Shown: positions 49,329 through 59,099 of the stretch, one piece after another
Numbering within the stretch: the stretch's first letter is position 1
Layout: every line of letters starts with the position of its first letter
Assembly (NCBI GenBank): GCA_003209955.1
Contig: QCOD01000001.1
Coordinates: 33,330-97,329 of the forward strand
Source of the DNA: OCS116 cluster bacterium AG-430-B22
GTDB taxonomy: Bacteria; Pseudomonadota; Alphaproteobacteria; MED-G09
Direction: 5' to 3'
Length of the DNA stretch: 64,000 nt
Notes under the pieces: generated by a model
Database searches by the model: none
What the model was told of the DNA's origin: nothing
Seen by the model: the letters and a program-made list of their open reading frames with translations, nothing else
Translations under genes and position numbers: made by a program

Positions 49329-49735
49329 TTTTTTGGAGTTTCCATTAGTTCAATTAATACGCCATCAGAATCTTTAGGATGAATAAAGATTATAGGGGTA
49401 CCATGCGCACCAATCCTTGGTTCATTTAAAACTGTAGCTCCTTTTTCCTCCATTTCACTTTTTGCCTCATGAATATCTTTAACTTCGAAACAAATATGAT
49501 GTTGTCCCCCTTTGGGATTTTTATCTAGGAAATTTTGAATTGGAGAACCATCTCCTAGAGGCTCTATCAGCTCGATTTGACTATTTGGAAGATTAACAAA
49601 GCAAAATCTTACACCCTGGTCGGTCATTTCACCAATTTCTGTAATATCAGTTGCGTTATATAAATTTTTATATGTTTCAATAGCTTTTTCTATTGATGGT
49701 ACTGCAACGCCAACATGATTTAATGGTCCAATCAT
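49325..49735 (-). CDS. mce: Methylmalonyl-CoA epimerase
   Basis: LNHVGVAVP, IELIEPL...SPI..FL.KNP.GG.HHICFEV, GAHG.P..FIHPKD..GVLIEL. Confidence 0.9.
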   Translation of the reverse strand: MIGPLNHVGVAVPSIEKAIETYKNLYNATDITEIGEMTDQGVRFCFVNLPNSQIELIEPLGDGSPIQNFLDKNPKGGQHHICFEVKDIHEAKSEMEEKGATVLNEPRIGAHGTPIIFIHPKDSDGVLIELMETPKN

Positions 49736-49844
49736 TTTAATTCTCCTATAAATTATTTGTAAAAATCTTTTTTTTCATTAATCTTTCAATCAGATTAACA
49801 AAATTACTAAATAAAATAAATATTATCAAAAAAGGATTAAAATT

Positions 49845-50456
49845 ATGCTCAAAGTTCATTTTGCTCCAAATTCTAGAGCCGGTAGAATTATATGGTTGTT
49901 AGAAGAATTATCTCTTCCTTATGAAGTTAATAATATGGCGTTTCATCCAAGTGACTTAAAGTCAGATGAACATAGAAAAAGGCATCCTCTAGGAAGAATA
50001 CCAGTTCTTGATGATGGTGATATTAGAATTTATGAGTCTGGTGCGATAGTAGAATATGTTCTGGAAAGGCATAAAAATGGAGGATTAAAGCCTTCTTCAG
50101 ATGACACGAATTATCCTAATTTTTTACAATGGTTTCATTATTGCGAAGGCATGGTAATGCCTCCAATTAATACTATTGTTGTTCAGACAATTCTTCTTCC
50201 TCCTGAAAGGAGAGATGAAACTGCATTAGGACAAGCACAAAGATTGCTGACAAAATCATTAGTTCCTGTTGATGAAGCGCTTGAAGGAAAAGAATATTTG
50301 ATTGGTAATTTTTCTGCTGCGGATATTATGCTTGGTCATGCATGTTTTATGAGTAATAGAATGGGTTGTATCCCAGATGAAATGAGTAATCTTAAAAAAT
50401 ATGTTGAAAATATCACAAATAGACCAGCTTTTAAAATAGCTATTGAAATGCAATAA
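49845..50456 (+). CDS. Glutathione S-transferase
   Basis: SRA.RI.WLLEEL, HPLGRIP, ESGAI, FSAADI. Confidence 0.92.
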   Translation: MLKVHFAPNSRAGRIIWLLEELSLPYEVNNMAFHPSDLKSDEHRKRHPLGRIPVLDDGDIRIYESGAIVEYVLERHKNGGLKPSSDDTNYPNFLQWFHYCEGMVMPPINTIVVQTILLPPERRDETALGQAQRLLTKSLVPVDEALEGKEYLIGNFSAADIMLGHACFMSNRMGCIPDEMSNLKKYVENITNRPAFKIAIEMQ

Positions 50457-51144
50457 AACCCATCTTCTGATGATAAATTTTTGGACAGTTAAAGTAATAA
50501 GATTTGTTACAATTTTTTTTGTAGTTGCAGTTATTATTGCTTCTTATTTTTATCCAGGTGGAAATATTCATGATATTACTCAATCGGGATATTCATTTAC
50601 TCATAATTTTTTAAGTGATTTAGGTGGATTAGAATCTCATTCAGGTGAAGATAATATTATATCCATGATTTTTTTTAATTTATCAATGTTACTTTTTTTC
50701 TTTATCGGTATTTCTTTTTTATTCGTTCCCATTTTATTTAAGGAAAATAAGCCTACCTTTATTTTAGCAATTGTAGGCTCTTTATTTTTCTTTATCGGGT
50801 CGATGTTTTTTGCTGGTGTTGGTTTTACACCTTACGATGTTTTTTTTGATCTTCATGTCTTTTTTGCTCTCAACTCTTTTAGATTAATGATTCCTGCATC
50901 GTTAATTTATTTAATAGTTTTTCTAAGAAGTTCTTTAAGTATAAAATATATAGCTGTTATAGCCTCATTTTTATTTCTTGTTACCGCATATGTTATTTAC
51001 TTAAATATCGGAGAAAACCCGTTATCAAACAAAGAGGCAATGATTGCTTCTGCTACAATACAAAAATTTATAGCATTTATGTCAGTTGCGACAGTATTCT
51101 CTCTATCTTTCGGATTTTCAAAAAGAATAAACAATTCTAAATAA
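50443..51144 (+). CDS. DUF998-like membrane protein
   Basis: YPGG...GYSF..NFLSDLG, H..FA, QK; 5-6 TM; start may be 50470. Confidence 0.7.
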   Translation: MKCNKTHLLMINFWTVKVIRFVTIFFVVAVIIASYFYPGGNIHDITQSGYSFTHNFLSDLGGLESHSGEDNIISMIFFNLSMLLFFFIGISFLFVPILFKENKPTFILAIVGSLFFFIGSMFFAGVGFTPYDVFFDLHVFFALNSFRLMIPASLIYLIVFLRSSLSIKYIAVIASFLFLVTAYVIYLNIGENPLSNKEAMIASATIQKFIAFMSVATVFSLSFGFSKRINNSK

Positions 51145-51152
51145 TTTAGTTT

Positions 51153-51169
51153 TTGCAATTAAATTGCAA
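51153..51169. promoter_or_regulatory. Perfect 8-1-8 inverted repeat, candidate operator
   Basis: TTGCAATT-A-AATTGCAA upstream of the ferritin-like gene. Confidence 0.5.
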
Positions 51170-51227
51170 TATCAGACAAGTAAAAATTACTATGTTATAA
51201 GCGCTCTAAATTGAATTGGAGTTTATT

Positions 51228-51662
51228 ATGGAAGAATTAAATCAAGCTAAAGTCTGTGAAATTTTAAATCAGATTATGGAATATGAATTAGCCGGTGTTG
51301 TTAGATACACACATTCATCTTTAATGGTATCAGGCCCAAACAGAATACCAATAGTTGAATTTTTACAGAGCCAGGCAACCGAATCCCTAGATCATGCGCA
51401 ACAAGCAGGTGAGTTTTTGACCGGCTTAGATGGTCATCCAAGTCAGAAAATTGCTAAAATTGAAGAAAGCAATAGACATTCTATAGAAAATATTCTTGAG
51501 GAGAGTCTCGAGCATGAAATTCATGCTTTAAACCTATATAAGGAGTTATTGGATTGTGTCGAAAATGCATCAGTATATCTTGAGGAGTATGCCAGAACAA
51601 TGATTGGTCAGGAAGAACAGCATACAATTGAATTAAAAAAGATGCTTAAAGATTATTCATGA
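51228..51662 (+). CDS. Bacterioferritin-like ferritin-superfamily protein
   Basis: Di-iron pattern YE...RY, ESLDH, HE...Y, EEQH; ATG 51228 after GGAG. Confidence 0.85.
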   Translation: MEELNQAKVCEILNQIMEYELAGVVRYTHSSLMVSGPNRIPIVEFLQSQATESLDHAQQAGEFLTGLDGHPSQKIAKIEESNRHSIENILEESLEHEIHALNLYKELLDCVENASVYLEEYARTMIGQEEQHTIELKKMLKDYS

Positions 51663-51740
51663 GAAATAATTCATTTATTTAACATTTTTGACACTTTAAA
51701 GATTTATATTTATAATTTCTTTGAAATTGGGGGAAATATT

Positions 51741-52820
51741 ATGAGTCAACAAGAAGAAAGTTTTAATCCTGAATACAATCCGCTTGGCGCTGAAGGATCA
51801 ATTGATACTAATGCTATGCCTTGGATATCAGTTAAAGATGTAAAAGGTTTATTTATTAAGCCAATAAGAGTAAGTCCAGAAAGCGGAATGTTTTCTTTGA
51901 TATATAAATTAGAGAAAGGATGTTCGTTTCCTAGCTCTGTATATCTTGGCGGAATGGATATGTTAGTTTTATCAGGTCAACTGAGTTATGCTCAAGAGGA
52001 TAAAGAAAGTGTTTTAGCTCCAGGAACTTGGGGTTTTATAGCAGCAAATTCCAGAGTTAATTCAATAACTGCCATTGAAGAAACTGAAGTTTTAGCTAAT
52101 TTTTATAGCGCATTAGCACTATTAAAAGATGATGGCTCACTTCAATCTCTTTTAACAGGAACTGATGTTCAGAAGCTTGCAACTGAAAAAAATATTTCTC
52201 TTGTTCCTAATTCATCAACTGAATGCTGGGAAAGAGGCCCTCAAACTTATGAAGGCCCAGGCGAGCCTTTGGCTATCGCATCTTCTAATGCTGCGACATT
52301 AGTAGATTCTGATGTGGGATCAGTATTGTCATCTGAAATTTCTCATCCGCATTTTGTTGATACTAGAGAAGTACCATGGTTTACAATGCCAACAATGCCC
52401 GATGTTGGTTTAAAGCTTTTGCGTGTCAGTGAAGAAACTGGATTCGTTTCTATGATTGTTAGACATAATGGAGTTGCTCTTCCGCATTCGCATATTGGCG
52501 CTAGTGACTTTTTAGTATTGAGTGGAGCTTTAGGTGTTAGAGCAGGTCCCCCTGAAGGATATGGCCCAGGTATGTGGTTCTATGAACCTGCAGGTGCGAG
52601 ACATGAGGAAACACAAAGAGTTACAGATGAAGACTTAATTTATACTGCTAATATATATGGTCCGTTAGTTTTTGACTCTGGACCTGGTACACCTGTTGAA
52701 GCTGTTGTTTCTTGGATGGATTACAAAACAATGGCTGAAGAAGGTGGTATCAAGTTAGTTCCAAACTCTAATTCAAATGATAAAACCTTACTTGCATGGG
52801 CTCCAATAGAAGCAAATTAA
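51741..52820 (+). CDS. Tandem cupin protein (ChrR/DAD-like)
   Basis: Two homologous halves (DT...PW...K..RVS.E.G..S); second half has PHSH...YEPAGARH. Confidence 0.7.
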   Translation: MSQQEESFNPEYNPLGAEGSIDTNAMPWISVKDVKGLFIKPIRVSPESGMFSLIYKLEKGCSFPSSVYLGGMDMLVLSGQLSYAQEDKESVLAPGTWGFIAANSRVNSITAIEETEVLANFYSALALLKDDGSLQSLLTGTDVQKLATEKNISLVPNSSTECWERGPQTYEGPGEPLAIASSNAATLVDSDVGSVLSSEISHPHFVDTREVPWFTMPTMPDVGLKLLRVSEETGFVSMIVRHNGVALPHSHIGASDFLVLSGALGVRAGPPEGYGPGMWFYEPAGARHEETQRVTDEDLIYTANIYGPLVFDSGPGTPVEAVVSWMDYKTMAEEGGIKLVPNSNSNDKTLLAWAPIEAN

Positions 52821-53890
52821 AAAAATATAATGTAGTTGATCTTTTCTGCGGAGCAGGAGGTTTTTCTCTTGGTCTTAAAGATACAAATAGATTCAACTCA
52901 ATTTTAGCAAATGATATAGATATGGATATGTGTGAAACATATTCGTTAAATTTTCCAAAATCAAAAATACTGTCTAAATCTATATCTGATATAGACTTTT
53001 TTTCTATTAATAAGAAAAATACTATTGATGTTGTGGTTGGAGGACCCCCTTGTCAGGCTTATTCACTATCGGGAAAAAGACATATTGATGACCCAAGGGC
53101 CAATTTGTTCTTAGAGTATTTTAGAGCAATTGAAGAAATTAAACCCAAGATATTTGTTTATGAAAATGTGAAAGGCTTATTCTCATACAAAAAAGGGAAT
53201 ATATTTCGTCAATTACAAGAAATATTTGAAAAAATTGGTTACGAACTTTCAATAAATCTGGTAAATGCCCTTAATTATGGAGTTCCTCAATCTAGAGAAA
53301 GAATATTTATTATTGGTTATAAAAAAGGATTGAATTATTCTTTTCCTAAATCTTCACATGCAAAAAAAACAATAAGAAAACCTGTAACAATTAGTGATGC
53401 AATTTCAGATTTACCTAAAATAAAAAATAATGAAAATTCGGTTAAATATTTATCTAAACCAAAAACAAATTATCAAAAACTTATGAGAAAAAATGCTCCC
53501 GATAATTTAATGGATCATAAATCATCAAAACACAGTGAAAATCTTGTTACTATTATGAGTTATTTACCGGAAGGAGGATTAAAAAAGGATTTACCTTTTA
53601 AAATTAGACCAAAGTCTGGATACGCAAATAGCTATGGAAGGCTATGGTGGAATAAACCAGCTACAACTATTACTCGAAATTTTGGTACACCAAGTTCAGC
53701 AAGATGTATTCATCCTAAAATAGATAGAGCTCTTACAACCAGAGAGGGCGCAAGGTTACAAAGTTTCCCTGATCGATATCAATTTTTTGGTTCCAGAGCA
53801 AAGAAGAACCTTCAAATAGGTAATGCTGTACCACCTCTTTTAGCGCGAGCAATAGGAAAGAGTATTTCTTTGGCTCTTGATAAATTATGA
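52796..53890 (+). CDS. DNA (cytosine-5)-methyltransferase, apparently orphan
   Basis: DLFCGAGG, GGPPCQ, YENV, QSRER, REGARLQSFP, QIGNAVPP. Confidence 0.95.
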   Translation: MGSNRSKLKKYNVVDLFCGAGGFSLGLKDTNRFNSILANDIDMDMCETYSLNFPKSKILSKSISDIDFFSINKKNTIDVVVGGPPCQAYSLSGKRHIDDPRANLFLEYFRAIEEIKPKIFVYENVKGLFSYKKGNIFRQLQEIFEKIGYELSINLVNALNYGVPQSRERIFIIGYKKGLNYSFPKSSHAKKTIRKPVTISDAISDLPKIKNNENSVKYLSKPKTNYQKLMRKNAPDNLMDHKSSKHSENLVTIMSYLPEGGLKKDLPFKIRPKSGYANSYGRLWWNKPATTITRNFGTPSSARCIHPKIDRALTTREGARLQSFPDRYQFFGSRAKKNLQIGNAVPPLLARAIGKSISLALDKL

Positions 53891-53924
53891 TTTAAGTTTT
53901 TCTTAATAATGTTATAAAAAATAT

Positions 53925-54614
53925 ATGACTAACTTCACATCGCTAATTGCTGGTTCTACAGGATATCTTGGATCAAAAATATTAAATTATTTATCTAAAG
54001 AGGATGAAAAAATTTATTCTCTCTCAAGAAGAAAAAATACTCTGAATAATGCAAATTTAGAGGAATTAATTATTGATTTTGAGTCCCTTGATGAATTTGA
54101 ATTACCAAAAATAGAACATGTTTACTTATGTTTGGGATATGAATTGAGGGCTTGGGAGTTAATCGTAATGCCTGATAAACTAAAAAAGCCTTTTTACAAA
54201 GTTGATTACGAATATACTCTTAATATTGCAAAAAAAAGCTTAGATGCTGGCGCTAAATCTATCTCATTAGTTTCAGCTATTGGAGCAAACAGTGATTCAA
54301 CAAGCTTTTACCTAAAAACTAAAGGTGAGTTAGAAGAGGAGATTAAAAAGCTTCCTTTTGAAACAATTAATATATTTCAACCTGGTCATTTAGCGGGAAG
54401 AATTAATTGGCAAAGAGAAAAAAATGATCCAAGAATAGATGTCTTTGCCTTTGAAATAGCCTCCTTATTTTTCGATCCATTTATGATTAGTGGATTGAGA
54501 AAATTTAGAAGTATAAATGCTAAAAGATTGGCAAAATTCATTGTTAAGAAATCTAAAGAAAACCATAACGGTATTAACTATATGAGTTATAATGATTTCA
54601 CTTATGATAATTAG
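53925..54614 (+). CDS. NAD(P)-binding oxidoreductase (YraR/TIP30-like)
   Basis: GSTGYLG, CLG, FYKVDY, VSAIGA...S..FY.KTKGE.E. Confidence 0.82.
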   Translation: MTNFTSLIAGSTGYLGSKILNYLSKEDEKIYSLSRRKNTLNNANLEELIIDFESLDEFELPKIEHVYLCLGYELRAWELIVMPDKLKKPFYKVDYEYTLNIAKKSLDAGAKSISLVSAIGANSDSTSFYLKTKGELEEEIKKLPFETINIFQPGHLAGRINWQREKNDPRIDVFAFEIASLFFDPFMISGLRKFRSINAKRLAKFIVKKSKENHNGINYMSYNDFTYDN

Positions 54615-54620
54615 TTAAAT

Positions 54621-55481
54621 ATGTTCGATATTAAAGATAAAAATGTTCTTATAACTGGAGCAACTAGCGGTATAGGGCGAGCGGCAGCAATAGAGCTTTC
54701 TTCAATTGGGGCAAATATATTTTTTGTTGCTAGGAGTGAGAGCAAAGCGCAATTATTAGTTGATGATATTAATAAAATAAGTGGAAAAGGAGCAATTCCG
54801 ATTATTGCAGATCTATCATCACAATCTGATATTCGTAAAGCAGCACAAAAATTTAATACACTTAATTTACCTCTTCATGTTTTGCTAAATAATGCAGGTC
54901 TAATTAATAAAGAGAGAAAGGAAACAATTGATGGCTATGAGGAAGTTTTTGCGATTAATCATCTAGCTTATTTTTTATTAACTAATCTATTAATTGATAA
55001 GCTTAAGGAAGCGAACGGCAGCAGGATAGTCAATGTCTCCTCTGGAGCGCATGCTTTTGTAAAAGGTTTTAATTTTGAAGATGTCCAATCTGAGAAGTCT
55101 TATAAGCCTTTTCAGGTTTATGGTTATTCTAAATTAGCAAATATACTTTTTACAAAAAAACTATCGGCTATTCTTGAAAACAACAAGATTACAGTGAATT
55201 GCTTACATCCTGGTGTTGTTAGTACCTCTTTCGGACAAAATAACGGTAATTTACAAAAATATTTATTTTTTCTTGCTAAACCTTTTATGCGAAGCTCTGA
55301 AAAGGGCGCAGAGACATCTATTTATTTGTGCTCTTCCCCTGAAGTATCAGATGAATCAGGACAATATTTTTATAATTGCAAGGTAGCAAAAACCACTAAA
55401 TGGGCGCAAAGCAAAGAAGATGCAGATAGATTATGGAATTTAAGCGAAGAATTTACTGGAGTTTCATGGGGTATAAATTAA
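54621..55481 (+). CDS. SDR, retinol dehydrogenase-like
   Basis: TGATSGIG, NNAG, FAINHL, YGYSKLAN, HPGVV, A.RLW..SE. Confidence 0.92.
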   Translation: MFDIKDKNVLITGATSGIGRAAAIELSSIGANIFFVARSESKAQLLVDDINKISGKGAIPIIADLSSQSDIRKAAQKFNTLNLPLHVLLNNAGLINKERKETIDGYEEVFAINHLAYFLLTNLLIDKLKEANGSRIVNVSSGAHAFVKGFNFEDVQSEKSYKPFQVYGYSKLANILFTKKLSAILENNKITVNCLHPGVVSTSFGQNNGNLQKYLFFLAKPFMRSSEKGAETSIYLCSSPEVSDESGQYFYNCKVAKTTKWAQSKEDADRLWNLSEEFTGVSWGIN

Positions 55482-55491
55482 ATATATTTGT

Positions 55492-56505
55492 ATGATTATG
55501 AAAGCAATCCTTCTAGTAAATTTAGGTTCGCCAAAAGATCTTAATTTAAGTTCTATTAAAGAGTATTTAATAGAGTTCTTAACAGATGATAATGTTGTCG
55601 ATCTTCCGAAAATTATCCAAAAAATTTTAGTAAAAAATATTATTGTTCCTTTTAGATCCAAGAAAACTCAAGAGGCATATAGCTCTATATGGAAAAAAGA
55701 TGGATCACCCTTAATAATAAATACAAATTCTTTAGCAAAAAAACTATCAGAGAAAACTAATTATTCTGTTGAAATAGCTATGAGGTATCAATATCCAACT
55801 ATCAATGAAGCAATAGAAAAATTAATCAATAAAGGATGTAAAGAAATTATTGCCGTTCCTCTTTATCCGCATTATGCACAATCAACAATATTGACAACAG
55901 AGAATAAAATAAAAGAGATATCAACATCTTTAGAAGGAGACTTTAAGTTATCATTTATAAAGCCATTTTATAATCAAGAAGGTTACATCAACTCATTGGC
56001 ATCTTTAATTAAAGAAAGCCTACCATCTGAGTTTGATCATTTGCTTTTTAGCTATCATGGTATACCAGAAAGACATGTTAGAAATACCGATCCATCAAAA
56101 AAACATTGTCTCAAAGTAAGAGATTGCTGCAATATTAAAGCTGATGCGCATCAATTTTGCTATAGGCACCAGGTTTTAGAAACTACAAAACTTTGTGCAG
56201 AAAGGTTAAATATAGAAAAAGAAAAATGGAGTGTTTCTTTTCAGTCAAGAATTGGACCGGGATGGCTTAAACCTTTTACTGATAAGATTTTAGATGAATT
56301 ACCTAAAAAAAATATAAAAAAGTTAGCAGTTGTTTGTCCTGCATTTGTAGCGGATAACTTAGAAACATTGGAAGAAATAAATATAAGAGCTAGAGAACAA
56401 TTTTTAGAAAATGGAGGAATAGAATTTACTTACATTCCTTGTTTAAATGATAACGATAATTGGGTAGAATTTTTAGGTAATTATATAATTCAAGTGGGAG
56501 AATAG
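55492..56505 (+). CDS. hemH: Ferrochelatase
   Basis: LLVNLGSP, AMRY, PLYPHYA, FSYHGIP, FQSR, WLKP, FVADNLETLEE, IPCLND. Confidence 0.95.
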   Translation: MIMKAILLVNLGSPKDLNLSSIKEYLIEFLTDDNVVDLPKIIQKILVKNIIVPFRSKKTQEAYSSIWKKDGSPLIINTNSLAKKLSEKTNYSVEIAMRYQYPTINEAIEKLINKGCKEIIAVPLYPHYAQSTILTTENKIKEISTSLEGDFKLSFIKPFYNQEGYINSLASLIKESLPSEFDHLLFSYHGIPERHVRNTDPSKKHCLKVRDCCNIKADAHQFCYRHQVLETTKLCAERLNIEKEKWSVSFQSRIGPGWLKPFTDKILDELPKKNIKKLAVVCPAFVADNLETLEEINIRAREQFLENGGIEFTYIPCLNDNDNWVEFLGNYIIQVGE

Positions 56506-56506
56506 A

Positions 56507-57601
56507 GTGCTAACAAAAGGCGATGACTTTCCTATTCATCAAAAAGCTTCACCCTTAGCTGAGGTGGGTTCCTCAAGGAATTTTTATGATAGGTATTTTT
56601 TTAATGGTTACTCAAGCGAAGATAAAATTTTCTTTGGAGCTGTTTTATGTGTTTACCCAAATTTAAATATAATGGATGCAGCTTTTACCATCGCCCATAA
56701 AGGTATTCAACATAATGTAAGGGCATCAAGAATACTAAATTTAGAAAGATTAGATACTGTTGTAGGGCCAATTGAGGTTAAGGTAATAGAGCCTCTTCAA
56801 AAACTTCAAGTGTTGGTTAGTGATAAAGATTCAGGTGTTAATGTTGATATCACTTTTGACGGCTTTACAGAAGTATTGCAGGAGCCTCAGATGTTTTTAT
56901 ATGACGGTCCAAGAAAAACTATGGATACATGTAGAATGGTTCAACATGGCTCATGGGCCGGGCAAATAAAAATAGAAGATTTTACAATAGATATCGATCA
57001 AGAAAAATTTGTCGGAACAAGGGATAGATCTTGGGGAGTTAGGCCAGTTGGAGCTTACGATAGTCAACCATCAGCTCCAATGAGTTTGCCACAATTTTAT
57101 TGGTTATGGAATCCCGCTCATTTTGATGATTTTACTACGCAGTTTCATTTTGTTGATGACTCTGACGGAAATCTAGTAAATGGACATTCTATTTTACAAT
57201 ATAAAAATAAAAGAGAAAAAGAAACATTTTCAGATTTAGAAAAAACTGTTGAGTATTTTAAGGGATCAAGAAGAGTAAAATTTCTTGAAATTAATGCTCT
57301 AGATAAAAATAAAGATAATATCAATTTGAAGGTTACTCCTAAAACAAGAGTTTTTATGTGCGGTTTAGGTTATATGCATCAAGAGTGGGGTCACGGTCAT
57401 TTTAAAGGTGAAAATGAAAGAACTTACGATACTTATAATTTAAGTGAAGACCCTCATGACCCACCATTTCTGCATATTCAATCAATAAGCGATGTGACTT
57501 TGTTAAGAAAAGAAAAAACTTATAATGGATCATGTATTCTTGAAGAGTTAATTCTTGGACCTCATTTGCCTAGTGGTTTTAAAGATTTATTTGATCGTTA
57601 A
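56507..57601 (+). CDS. Conserved hypothetical beta-rich protein
   Basis: DDFPIHQ, YDRYFFNG, GTRDRSWGVRP, WGHG; co-transcribed with the phosphotransferase. Confidence 0.75.
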   Translation: MLTKGDDFPIHQKASPLAEVGSSRNFYDRYFFNGYSSEDKIFFGAVLCVYPNLNIMDAAFTIAHKGIQHNVRASRILNLERLDTVVGPIEVKVIEPLQKLQVLVSDKDSGVNVDITFDGFTEVLQEPQMFLYDGPRKTMDTCRMVQHGSWAGQIKIEDFTIDIDQEKFVGTRDRSWGVRPVGAYDSQPSAPMSLPQFYWLWNPAHFDDFTTQFHFVDDSDGNLVNGHSILQYKNKREKETFSDLEKTVEYFKGSRRVKFLEINALDKNKDNINLKVTPKTRVFMCGLGYMHQEWGHGHFKGENERTYDTYNLSEDPHDPPFLHIQSISDVTLLRKEKTYNGSCILEELILGPHLPSGFKDLFDR

Positions 57602-57603
57602 AA

Positions 57604-58674
57604 ATGCCAGTTAGTACTGAAAAAAATTTTGATAAAAAATTTAATCTCTTTAAAGACTGGTTAACGCAACAAGATAATTTTAAAGATAAAGGTCATTTAA
57701 TTACAGCAAATGAAAGTTCTATAGCCTCAGGGTTTTCAAATGAAACTTTTATTTTTAGCCTAAATGAAAATGATGAAATTAAAAATTATGTTTTACGATT
57801 GAAACCTACTAATTATCAAGTTTTTCCAGAATATAACCTAAAATTACAAGTTGATATTATGAAGTGTTTGTTTGAAAGAGGTTTTCCTACGCCAAATATT
57901 ATATTATATGAATCAAACGATGATATTTTAGGTTCGGAGTTTTATCTAATGGATTTTATTAATGGTGAAGCTCCAACTGATAATCCACCATACCACATGG
58001 ATCCAGAGGGAATGGTTGGTAGAGCTAATAAAGAAGATAGAAGAAAAATCTGGACAGAATGGATACATTATTTGAATCGAATTCATACATTGGATATCAA
58101 TGATTTAAAATTAAAAGAGCTAGATAAAAAGTATAGAAACAAAAACCCACTTGATATTGATATTGATTATTATCAAAATTTTTTAGATTGGGGAATGGAT
58201 GGAGAAGATAATCCTTTATGCAATAATGTTTTAAGATGGTTGAGAGAAAATAAACCAAAAAAAAATAATCCTTTAAGACTATGTTGGGGGGACTCTCGTC
58301 CAGGCAATATTTTATATGATAATTTCAAGGCTTCTGCTTTATTGGATTGGGAAATGGCAACATACGGAGATCCAATTTCAGATATAGCATGGGGTTTAGC
58401 AGTGGATGATGCTAGCAGTATAGGCTTAACGGTAGATAGGTTGGAAGGTTCAATGGATTATGACGAAGCTTTAGCACTTTGGTCAGAGCATACTGGATTT
58501 TCTATAGAAAATTATAATTACTATAGAATATTTTCTTTGTTAAAGTTTTCAGTAATAATGGTACGCGTTGCAAAGAAGCTTGTATTTAATAATATAATGC
58601 CATTAGAAAGCGATTTTTATAAAAATAATTATATTTCAAATTTTCTAAAATCTGAATTTGACGCAAATAATTAA
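57604..58674 (+). CDS. APH-family phosphotransferase (ACAD10/11 kinase-like)
   Basis: GFSNET, VLR..P, LGSEFYLM, WGDSRPGN, LLDWEMA..GDP. Confidence 0.85.
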   Translation: MPVSTEKNFDKKFNLFKDWLTQQDNFKDKGHLITANESSIASGFSNETFIFSLNENDEIKNYVLRLKPTNYQVFPEYNLKLQVDIMKCLFERGFPTPNIILYESNDDILGSEFYLMDFINGEAPTDNPPYHMDPEGMVGRANKEDRRKIWTEWIHYLNRIHTLDINDLKLKELDKKYRNKNPLDIDIDYYQNFLDWGMDGEDNPLCNNVLRWLRENKPKKNNPLRLCWGDSRPGNILYDNFKASALLDWEMATYGDPISDIAWGLAVDDASSIGLTVDRLEGSMDYDEALALWSEHTGFSIENYNYYRIFSLLKFSVIMVRVAKKLVFNNIMPLESDFYKNNYISNFLKSEFDANN

Positions 58675-58691
58675 TAAATAAGAGGTTAAAA

Positions 58692-59087
58692 ATGGAAAAC
58701 TTTATTTACCCAGGTCTTTTAAGTAGCGTTGCTTTATTGGTTTATTATTTTACACTTTTACAAGCAGGATTAGCGAGAGTGAAATATGGTATTAAAGCTC
58801 CTTCACATGATGGACCTGAAGAATATGTAAGAAAAGTTAGGGTTCATCATAATACTATTGAGCATTTAGTATTGTTTTTACCTGGTTTATGGCTATTTTC
58901 ATTTGCAGTTGATCCTATTTGGGCATTTATTATTGGCATTGTATGGCCAATAGGACGAATAAAGTACGCATTAGATTATTATAAAGATGCTGAAAAAAGA
59001 GGTCCTGGTTTATATTTCAGTATGCCACCAATATATATTTATGTTCTTGGATCATTAATTGGTTTTATTATAAAAATTGTTTCGTAA
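58692..59087 (+). CDS. MAPEG family protein
   Basis: ARVKY.IKAP...G, RVHHNTIE, GRI.Y. Confidence 0.88.
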   Translation: MENFIYPGLLSSVALLVYYFTLLQAGLARVKYGIKAPSHDGPEEYVRKVRVHHNTIEHLVLFLPGLWLFSFAVDPIWAFIIGIVWPIGRIKYALDYYKDAEKRGPGLYFSMPPIYIYVLGSLIGFIIKIVS

Positions 59088-59099
59088 AAGAGTTTTTGA

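Noticed and set aside
21..55661. Numerous 60-105 aa antisense or alternate-frame ORFs in the track
   Set aside because: All lie within well-supported longer genes and show no motifs.
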